Assembly: GCA_951804945.1 (NCBI GenBank)
Contig: OX638164.1
Coordinates: 26,784,001-26,848,000, forward strand
Direction: 5' to 3'
From: Podarcis cretensis
Lineage: Eukaryota
DNA length: 64,000 nucleotides
Of this stretch, positions 23,401 through 34,902 are shown one piece after another. The notes under the pieces were generated by a model. The model was not told the DNA's origin and did not search any database. It worked only from the letters and a program-made list of their open reading frames with translations. Positions within the stretch are counted from its first letter, which is position 1. Every line of letters starts with the position of its first letter. Both the position numbers and the translations under genes were made by a program.

Positions 23401-26400
23401 GGGGAATGATTAATGGACTTCAATGTCTGTACACTAATGCGCAAAGCATGGGTAATAAACAAGATGAGCTTGAGCTCTTGGTACAGCAAACTAAATATGA
23501 CATAATAGGCATCACTGAAACCTGGTGGGATAAGTCCCACGACTGGAATGTAATAATGGAGGGATACAATCTATTTCAGAGAAACAGACCAGACAAGAAA
23601 GGAGGAGGAGTGGCGTTATATGTCAGGGATGTGTATACCTGTGAAGAGATCCAAGATTTAGAACCTCAAAGCCAAAGTGAGAGCATTTGGGTCAAAATTA
23701 AGGGAGAGAAGAATAACAGGGACCTCATTGTGGGAGTTTACTATAGATCCGCAAGCCAAACGGAGGACATAGATGATGCCTTCCTGGAACAGATGGCCAA
23801 GCATGCAAAAGGAAGGGAGATAGTAGTAATGGGGGACTTCAATTACCCGGATATTTGCTGGATGTCAAACTCAGCCAAGAGCATAAGTTCAAACAGATTC
23901 CTCACTGGCCTTGCAGACAACTTCATTGTCCAGAAAGTGGGTGAAGCAACAAGAGGAACAGCCATTTTAGATCTGGTCCTAACCAATGTTGATGACCTGG
24001 TTAGTGGGGTAGAAGTGGAAGGATCATTAGGCGCGAGTGATCATGCTCTTCTGAAGTTTACTATACAGCGGAAAGGAGCAGCCAAGCATACTAGGACTCA
24101 ATTTCTTGACTTTAAGAAAGCCGACTTAGGGAAGTGCTGGGTGAGATCCCATGGACAGTAATACTAAAAGGAAAGGGAGTTCATGATGGCTGGGAGTTTG
24201 TTAAGAGGGAGATAGTAAAAGCACAACTTCAGGCCATACCAATGAGACGGAAACATGGAAGGTGCCTAAAGAAGCCAGGGTGGCTATCTAAAGAACTTTT
24301 AACTGAGTTAACATTAAAAAAGGATGTGTACAAAAAATGGAAAAGGGGGGAAAGCACCAAAGAGGAATTCAAAGAAATAGCCAGCACGTGTAGACACAAA
24401 GTCAGAAAAGCTAAAGCACAGAATGAACTCAGGCTTGCCAGAGAGGTTAAAAGCAACAAAAAAGGCTTTTATGGGTATGTTCGTAGCAAAAGGAAGAACA
24501 AAGAAACAGTGGGGTCACTCAGAGGAGAAGATGGTGAAATGCAAACAGGGGACACAGAAAGGGCTGAACTCCTCAATGCCTTCTTTGCCTCAGTCTTCTC
24601 CGATAAAGAAAACAATGCCCGACCTGAAGAATTTGGAGCAAATGATTCAGCAGAAGAAACACAGCCCAGAATAACTAAGGAGATAGTACAAGAATACTTG
24701 GCAAGTTTAGATGTATTCAAGTCTCCAGGGCCAGATGAACTGCATCCAAGAGTATTAAAAGAACTGGCAGATGTGATCTCAGAGCCACTGGCAGTCATCT
24801 TTGAGAATTCCTGGAGAACAGGCGAAGTCCCGGCAGACTGGAGGAGGGCAAATGTTGTCCCTATTTTCAAAAAGGGGAAAAGAGAGGACCCAAATAATTA
24901 CCGCCCAGTCAGTCTGACATCAATACCAGGGAAGATTCTGGAGCAGATCATTAAGCAAACAGTCTGTGAGCACCTAGAAAGGAATACTGTGATCACCAAT
25001 AGTCAGCATGGATTTCTGAAAAATAAGTCATGTCAGACTAACCTGATCTCATTTTTTGACAGAATTACAAGCCTGGTAGATGAAGGGAACGCAGTGGATG
25101 TAGCCTACCTTGATTTCAGCAAGGCATTTGACAAGGTGCCCCATGATATTCTTGTAAAGAAGCTGGTAAAATGCGGACTTGACTATGCTACCACTCAATG
25201 GATTTGTAACTGGCTGACTGACCGAACCCAAAGGGTGCTCATGAATGGTTCCTCTTCATCCTGGAGAAGAGTGACTAGTGGGGTGCCACAGGGTTCTGTC
25301 TTGGGCCCGGTCTTATTCAACATCTTTATCAACGACTTGGATGATGGACTCAAGGGCATCCTGATCAAATTTGCAGATGACACCAAACTGGGAGGGGTGG
25401 CTAACACCCCAGAGGACAGGATCACACTTCAAAACGACCTTGACAGATTAGAGAACTGGGCCAAAACAAACAAGATGAATTTTAATAGGGAGAAATGTAA
25501 AGTATTGCACTTGGGCAAAAAAAATGAGAGGCACAAATACAAGATGGGTGACACCTGGCTTGAGAGCAGTACGTGTGAAAAGGATCTAGGAGTCTTGGTT
25601 GACCACAAACTTGACATGAGTCAACAGTGTGACGCGGCAGCTGAAAAAGCCAATGCAATTCTGGGCTGCATCAATAGGAGTATTGCATCTAGATCAAGGG
25701 AAGTAATAGTGCCACTGTATTCTGCTCTGGTCAGACCTCACCTGGAGTACTGTGTCCAGTTCTGGGCACCACAGTTCAAGAAGGACACGGACAAACTGGA
25801 ACGTGTCCAGAGGAGGGCAACCAAAATGGTCAAAGGCCTGGAAACGATGCCTTATGAAGAACGACTAAGGGAGCTGGGCATGTTTAGCCTGGAGAAGAGG
25901 AGGTTAAGGGGTGATATGATAGCCATGTTCAAATATATAAAAGGATGTCACATAGAGGAGGGAGAAAGGTTGTTTTCTGCTGCTCCAGAGAAGCGGACAC
26001 GGAGCAATGGATCCAAACTACAAGAAAGAAGATTCCACCTAAACATTAGGAAGAACTTCCTGACAGTAAGAGCTGTTCGACAGTGGAATTTGCTGCCAAG
26101 GAGTGTGGTGGAGTCTCCTTCTTTGGAGGTCTTTAAGCAGAGGCTTGACAACCATATGTCAGGAGTGCTCTGATGGTGTTTCCTGCTTGGCAGGGGGTTG
26201 GACTCGATGGCCCTTGTGGTCTCTTCCAATTCTATGATTCTATGATTCTATGATTCTATGATTCTAAAGTATTTCAGCTTTAATTTATAATATTGCATAA
26301 TCCAACAATACAATACAATGAAGTCACACGATTCATATAAATATCAGTTGTATGTTCCATTGGTCCAATCATGCGAAGAATAAAAATAGTGCACCTATTG

Positions 26401-29400
26401 TGATATACATATGTTATGTATAGGTTCGTAACAAAATGAGACAAAATGGATAACGACAAAGACAATGATGGATGCATCTTCTCTCATGCACATCCATGCA
26501 CAGGAATGTGCATGAACACTAAAGCCTTTGTGGGTTGCCATTTGTTATCCAGTCAATCAGGTTCTGGGTCCTGGAGGGAAGAGGGGAGGGTGCTGATGGT
26601 CTGTCCAAGTGGGACAGGAGCAGTTGGGTGATCCGAAAGAGGGCAGGGGAGCAGAACCATTATTACAGATGATAGAGGTTTAAAAACTGCTTTTTCTTTG
26701 CCCCCGACTGCTTATTGCAAACAAATGCAACAAACTGCTTCTTCTTCTTTTAAACAAATTTAATTGGTGGGATTGCAGCTTGCACCTTCTCCTGGAGTTT
26801 CTTTGAAATGTAAAGGCAACCAGGGAGGGCTACAGATAAGTTGCTTGGACTTAGGAGCAAGTCTGAGCCTGGTGGCCTGGGATTGGCCCTCAAGAGTCAG
26901 GTGATCGGATGCCCAGGCAGGCTGATGCTGCAGCCTAGATGGCACTCTCCGAGCACAGGGTTTGGTGTTTCCTGGTTTGCAGAGAAGGAACAAAGCAATG
27001 GTGTCACTGGAGCCCAACCACAAACTGCATTGGCTCTGATTCTCCTCTGGGTGCCTTACAAGAAGTGCAAATTCAGCCTGGAAGTCAGAGACTGTGTTTG
27101 TTTGTTTAGAACATGTATAAACAGCTTGGTCAAAAAGTTTTCCAAGCCGAATTGGGGGCAAAACACAGCTAAAATCCACTGTCCATTTGCATCCACCATG
27201 TGTATGGATACTCTGATCTACACACCAGCATATTTTTTTTAAAAAAGTAGAATATAAATATTCAATACTAAAACTGCACTGCGCTAAAGGCAACTAAATC
27301 ATCCTGAAATTTCAGCCCTCCCTAGTTGCCTTTACATTTCAAAGAAACTCCAGGAGAAGGTGCAAGCTGCAATCCCACCAGTTTAATTTATTTTGAAGAA
27401 GAAGTGCAGCAGACTCATCCCTACAGAGGACAGAGGTTTAAAAACTGCTTTTACTTTGCCCCCGACTGATTATAGCAAACCCAACAAACTGCTTTAACAC
27501 ACTGCCTTTTTCTTCTTCTTTTGGTATGATTTTAAAGGGTTTTTAGGTGCCACCAAGAGTGAACTTTGGTCCAGTCCCTCTGCAGACAGAAACTTGCTTG
27601 GTGACGGCCTGGTGACAGCCAAGATTTCAAGGACTGAAGATGACACAGAAAAAGTGACACTTCAGTTTGACAGCTTGACATCAGACCTTGCTAATCAGGA
27701 TGTTTCTCATTTTCATGAAGTCAGTGGAACGGAGGTGGAAGCAACCTCAGAAGATGGAGGCCAGACACTTCCTGTTCTTGCTACAAAGCCGGCAAGCCCC
27801 AAACAGTTCTTGGATGGAGCCATTTTGGATCCCCAAAGCAAAGCTCCCATCACCAGCCAGTCCTTGTTTACAGGCATGCCAAAGTCAAAAGCAACATCCT
27901 TCAGTTCCCTGCTGGAACGGTTGGTAACACCGCTGTCTAGGGAAGAAGGAAAAGCAGAGGCAACATCTCAGGAGCTCAGCATGACTCCGAAGCAGCCTGC
28001 CTCCACCCCCAGCAAGGTGGTAGCGATGGGTGTGATTGCAACTGTGCTGCCTGATTCAGAGCCCTCAGGAAGTGCCAGGCAGAGGGTAGAGTTGTCTATC
28101 AACCCTTCTGTAGTGGCAGCAACTACCTTTGTTTTCACTGAGAACAGAACAGACACTGAAGGATTCCCTGCAGAAACCATGCAGACCCCTGCCAAGAAAG
28201 GGATGGCTAAATTGTTAACATTGATCCCCAAAGCTAGCCAATGGACTCAAGCTGAGCATCAACAAACCCAGTTGGATATGAGAACTTCAGTTGTTGGCAG
28301 CACTCCAGGTCTCCTGGAGCAGACACAGAGTCCATCCCTTAGGGGGAGCTCCACAGTTCTCTTCCATCAGTCTTTTTCAGAAGAGAAAATGACAATCATT
28401 CCCAGGACAGAGTTGACACAGCCTTCCTCCTCGGCTTCCTCTCCATATAGAGAGATGGTGCTGGAAGATGAAACCATTGAGTTTAGAACGGCTGAAAACC
28501 CTGCCCGTCTAACTGCTTCTCAAAGTAACACCCTCTCTTCCTCATTGTTGGTGACTCCAAACACACTCTCTTCAGAATCCCCACCACACTCTGCCAGGCC
28601 AAGGGACACCAGCCAAAGTGTTCTGCCCAAACTTCTCTTTGTGCCGCAGTTTTCCTTATTCAGTAAATCAGGGACATCTGATGAATCAGAGGAGCATCTT
28701 CAAGATGGTTTAATTTTGCACCACGAGACTGATCATCAGACAGCTACCCAGACTTCCCATGTCAGGCTTTCTCAAACTGTTGGTGAGCCAAGAAGAACAC
28801 AGGCTGTCCCTAATCTGCAAGAAACCACTCTTGTGGGCTGGCCAAAGTCATCTCTCCCACTCCACTCCACTGCACAACCACTGGACATTACTTTCCTGGT
28901 TGATGACAAGCCACAGGTAAGCATGCTTGGCATGCCTCAGCTAGCCCACCCAACATCAGCTCGTTCTGGACCTGCAGTGTCAAGCATGGGTATCTCTTCC
29001 ACTGTTGCATCGCCATCAGACACTGTGTCTGCCCCTATTGGTTACATTATGCAAGGCACATCCAAATCTCAACTGCCCAACACGTTTTTGACAGTCCATG
29101 GAGAGCGACCATCTCCCAGTGCTCTTGTTCCATCTCTTAGTGAGTCAGAATCATTGGATACATCTGCTCTCACCAAGCCAGAGACTCATGGCACCCATGA
29201 AGGGCAAAAGAGACCTGTTTCACTTGTTTCTCCTTCTTCTGCTGAACATGAGTCAGAACCATCAAGTGTGGCTTCGGCTTCTGCCTTTCCACATGCTGGA
29301 TTTAGCACATCAGTTGTGGCAGAGTCTTCCCAATCTGAGCCCAGGCAGTCAGTGTTGCCAACTCTTGTACCCAGTGAATCACAGAGAACAGTGTCAGGCA

Positions 29401-32400
29401 CATCTGTGCCATTCCAAGCTCAGCAGCAACTGCTAGGCAACTTTGCTTCTACTCATACTAGAGCAACAGCCTCAGGGTCACTTGTTCCTTTTCGTGTTGA
29501 ACCAAATGTGTCAGGCACATCTGCTGCTGGCCTGAATGTCTCAGGCACCACTTTCCTTGGCCATAGCTCTCAAAAACTGTCACCAGATACGTCTGTCTCT
29601 TTTTACACTAAGGCACCCTCCCTGCCTGCCCAATCATTGCAACCACAGAGCATCCATCCTCATGCTAGTGGTGAGCTGCAAATGGGTATCTCAGGCACGA
29701 ATGTGCCATCACATGCCAAGTCGCAAATGTCTGCCTCTTTTATTGATGAGTCCCATCTTTCGGTCACATCTGCCCGTGTTGAGCCAGTGACAAATGAGGC
29801 ATCCTTGGAACAAGGATTGCCAATCTCTGTTGATGCCAAACCACAGATAGCAGGGTCTTCTGCCTCTTCTCCCACCGAGTCACAATTGCTAGTGGTGTCT
29901 GCCCATGCCCCCATAGAACATGAGTTCTTGGATGCCTTGGGGAAATTGCGGGGCCTACCCCAAAATGAGAGTAACCCACCAAAAACACGTTCCTCTACCC
30001 CAGCACAGCACCCTTCACTTGAAATGACTTTCCTTGGCCATCTCAAGTCAAGACTATCCAATGCCTCTGCCTTTGTCCATGCTTTATCCCTGTTACCAGA
30101 AGCACCAACCTCTACAGGTGCTGAAACCCAGATGCCAAGTAGACTCACATTTGTCCATCCTGGTTTGCAACTTCAAGCTGCACCTGGTCTTCCCACGACT
30201 CCTCACACTGCTGAGAAAGTGAGTGAAGGAAAACACTCTCCACAAACCAGCCTTCCAACACCTCAGTCTGGCACTCGAGGGACAACTGTGCAGGATGTTT
30301 CTATCCCTGCCTCCTCAAGGAGAAGTCCTCCTAGTTCAGATAGTCCAGCCTCTCCTATCAGCCACCAAACCAAAATAAACATTCCCCTTCCACTGGCTCA
30401 CAAGGTGGAGGAAAACATCACCAGCCTGAGGACAACACCAATGCTGGTGGTGGCTGGTGCTCAAGATCTCATTCAAAGCTCCTTGGGGTTCTTTCAACAC
30501 CTCAGTCGACCAGATATTGGAAGTCTTGACTCTTTTGCCTCTAGTGGCATCCTGGGAATGTCTCCCTCCCTTCAGTATTTGTCCCACTTGGTCCAGAATG
30601 CTGAAAACATGGTGTGCCTACAACCTTTGCGAAACACCACCCCAACTTTGGGAGAACCAATTGCTAGTGGGCAGGAAATGCTGGTTCTGACTTCTGCCCT
30701 TGGCTTCTCCCATCCAGGGGTTTCGAGTCTGATACAAATGAGTCCATCCAGTGTCATTCTGGTTAAACCTGTGTTTGTCTTCTTACCACCAGAGGCACCT
30801 AAAGGTTATGTGCCACTTCCTACTGAGGAAGAAGTGGGCCATGATGCTAGTCTTTCATTCACCAGCAAGGCTGCTCTAGCTTTGGTTACTCCTGGTAGTA
30901 TCCAGGAGCGATTGGTGGGAATTGGTCCTCTTGTGTCCACCCTTAGACACTCCTCAAGGGCAAACACTCATTCTCCTAATTTGTTGGATCATCTAGTCAT
31001 TTCTGGGCCAGCCTCCAGTGCTTCTCCAAAGCATACAGGAGTCAGTCTGGTGAGATCCAACACTTCAACAGCCAATCCATTCCTCTATGGGTTGAGGGAT
31101 CGTAGCACTAGGACAAAGCATGGACTGACCACAGACCACAATGAAGACTTTCAGTTGTCTGCTGGAAGGCTGGAAGAGGACAATCCAGTTTCGTTATCTG
31201 CTGGAGTGCTTGTGAAGAACCATATCTCAGCTGCTCCACCAGTTATGGTGCCAATCCAGCAACAACCCAAAGCATTATCACTCACAACTGAACTGTTGAG
31301 CACCCTTGACAAGGTTTCTTCTCAGTCCTCCTTGACAGAACCCTATGCCTCTCAGATGCCAACAAGCTCCCTTCAGGCTGCAAGTAACCCCCCACTGCTG
31401 AGATCAACAGTAATGCTTCACGCTGAAGAGCATCCATATGGTTCAGTGAGCCCCATTACTCACATCAGTAAGAACTCTGAAGGGTCCTTGAGTGCATCTT
31501 CAGCTAGGAACACGAAACTGCCATTAGAAGTGGGACAACATCTTGCACCTTCAAGCTCAGCACCACGTGGCTCCTTAATCAATGAACACTTTGGAAAGGC
31601 TCCTTCTAAAGTTCATTATGTACCCAACGCGGTGTCAACTTTTCCAATGTCCTCAACTGGAAAAGAGCACAAAGAAGCTGCAGCCTTAAATAACCCCTAT
31701 GCAGAAGCATTTCTTGTGGCAAATGAAACATCTTCCTATCATACGAACATTACCTTCCCCAAGCCTTCTGATTCCCATCACATCCCATCCAAGGCCCCCA
31801 GGACAGATGAGAGCCTGGAGACACCATCTTTGTCTTCTCTGTTCTCAGCAGATGCTCTGATGCAAATGACTCTGCCTGGAAAACATCCTGAGGACATCCT
31901 GAATCATCAGACACATTCTAGACCATCTGCCGATGTTCCTTCCCAGGTAACAACACATTCCTATTCTGCCAAATTGGTTACGGAATACAATCCAACCACT
32001 GTAACGCTCAGGGGAAGGGCCTCTCTTGCAAGTGCAGCAGAACAGCTGGAACCAGTGCTGAGTGCTGTAGAAACCAAGACTTTGACAGATATTGAAACTT
32101 ACAAGCAAACCAAAGCAACTAGCTTGATGTCAACCATGCCTGGCACAGATTCTGGGCATTCATCTGCTTCACTGGTTGCCACAGATTTCAGATTAACCTC
32201 CTCCTCCCCATCATCATCATCATCATCATCATCATTATCGTCGTCATCATCATACTATGCTGCAGGATCTACAGATCATCAAAAGGAGGTTCTTCAGTCA
32301 CCTCTGCACCCTGTCCATTCATTTGCACCAAATTCTACTCTTAAAGACGTGACTCCGTCACTTGTGGGTGAAGAAGCAATGATTTTGGAAACACTGCAGA

Positions 32401-34853
32401 CTGACTCCTACAGGCTACAGCCTAGTGTAGGTGGAACAAGTGAAATGGTAGCTTCCTCACCATCAGCAAGCAAGGGCAGGTTTCTTAAACAAAGGAGAAA
32501 CAAGAATGCTGGGACTGGAGATCAGTTCCTGGTTGCATCTTACTTGCAACCTCAGCCAGCAAGTTTAGAAGCTGACCACCCTGAAATGCCCAGATTGGCA
32601 GGTGATGAACAGGGACAGGAGGAGGAGGCTGCTTCTTCCTTGCCAATCTCCTCTGTGTTTTCTACAGCTCTTAATACACCAGCATTTCTAATGACCACAT
32701 TATTTCCCAGCATTTCTGCTGATGGACTTGCTGGTAGTCTTCTAAACCAGACATCCCATTTGCAAAGTCTTCCACCGGGCACCTCTGAGATATTCCTAAA
32801 TCCTGAAGCTCAAGTCAAACCGACCCTGGGGAGCCTTTCAGATACACCTAGTATGAAGGCTGGTGGAGACTTCTCTGCAGATGCTACCAGCATCAGTAGA
32901 GGATTTAATTCATACACCTCTGAAGAGCAAGTTCCCATCACAAGTGACTCTACTGGAGGAGGAGGAAGAGAAGACTCAGTAGCTGATTTGCCACCATGGG
33001 ACCCCAATTCAACTCTGTCAGATTGGAGAGCACACCACCAGAGAGTGATGCGCTCAGATGATGTTTTCATGGATGGGTAACTATTTGGAGCTGGGGCTAT
33101 TGGAAGCCTTCCCCAACCTGGTGCCCTCCAAATATTTATGGACTGCAGCCATTGTAGTCCATAACATTTAGTAGCCCGTGGGACTTGTAGTCTAGAACAT
33201 TTAGAGGGCACCAAGTTGGGTAAGGATAGCCTCAAGCGAGAGGCAGTCATTTCAATGCTGTAGGACATGCAAAATTAAGATTACCGTACTTATGAATCGG
33301 GACAGCTTTCTGTTAAATGAGCTGTTCGGTGCTTAAGATCAGGAACTGAGGTCTTGCTTTGGGTGGCCTCACTTGTGGAAGCAAGGTGAGTGGTGACTGG
33401 GCAGGGGGCCTTGCTTAGCGAATACTGCCTCTGGACAAGGGTGAGAGGCATCTACAAGCTCCCTTCAGATATCATGAGCTGCAAATAATCCCCCATTGCT
33501 CCAGTCAGGGTTTAAAACCATTCTACACAGGGTCTAAACCACTGAGCCTCTTGGGCTTGCTAATCAGAAGGTCAGTTGTTTGAATCCCTGCGATGGAGTG
33601 AGCTCCCGTTGCTCTGTCCCAGCTCCTGCCAACCTAGCAGTTCAAAAGCACACCAGTGCAAGTAGATAAATAGGCACCGCTGTGGCGGGAAGGTAAATAC
33701 ATTTCCGTGTGCTCTGGTTTCCATCACAGTGTTCCATTGAGCCAGAAGTGGTTTAGTCATGCTGGCCACGTGTCCCAGAAAGCTGTCTGTGAACAAACGC
33801 TGGCTCCCTTGGCCTAAAAGCAAAATGAGCGTCACAATCCCATAGTTGCCTTTGACTGGATGTAACCATCCAGGGGTTCTTTATCTTTTTTTACCTTACT
33901 TTTTATAACTGTTCAAATGGTGGATCTTCAAGTGCCAGGGCTGCAGTTTATTTCATTTTCACAATATATTGATGGCTTTTCTGTTTCATTCCTGCGACTT
34001 CCCCACACCCCAAATGGCCATAATAGCAGAATTTTACAAGTGGCAACTGCAACAAAATGTGGCAGTGTGTCCTCCTCATCCATTAACAGGATGCCTCTGT
34101 TCACAGTGCCAGACAGCCATGTCCTCAGGGTTATTTCATTCCATGCTCACTTGATTTTCTATTTTCTTTTCCATGTCCAGCATTCCTCAGCTATTGAGCA
34201 CATTCGCTTCTCATTAGCCCCCACCCAACCGCCGTGCTTCCTTAGATTATTTTTTGTTTAAGATTATTGTTTTTGCTCTTTTTATTTATTCATTCATTCA
34301 TTTTGCAAAGCAGATGTTCTAATACTGAGCTACACTCTTTCCCCAGATATTTCCTCCTCCCCCTTCATATGCAAATAATCATTTTTTATTATTATTAACA
34401 GCCTAACCAAAGAGTGGTAACTAACAATGTTCTGCTGCCGTTTTCAGTTTACAAAAGCGGAGTGTTGATGCAGTTGGGCTGTGGAGGCGTATTCCCTTTT
34501 GCAATTCTTTTTGGTGGGTTTTTTTTGTCCTTTTGAAATTCAGCAGGGAGACTGAATATCTGTGGTTGCTCATAATAAATTAGGGCATCTTTCAGAGCCT
34601 CGTGGAAAGACCAGCAGATTTATTGTTCCATCAACTTTCATGGACTAACATCCCCTTTATCAGATGCAGGAAGGATTGTTGTTACTTTGGAGGCATATAT
34701 GTATTATATAAAAAAGGTAAAGGTACCCCTGCCCGTACGGGCCAGTCTTGACAGACTCTGGGGTTGTGCGCCCATCTCACTTAAGAGGCCAGGGGCCAGC
34801 GCTGTCCGGAGACACTTCCGGGTCACGTGGCCAGCGTGACATCGCTGCTCTGG

Positions 34854-34902
<49 letters not shown>

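Noticed and set aside
26229-26265. CRISPR-like or regulatory repeat array
   Set aside because: It is the standard (ATTCTATG)n CR1 tail in eukaryotic DNA.
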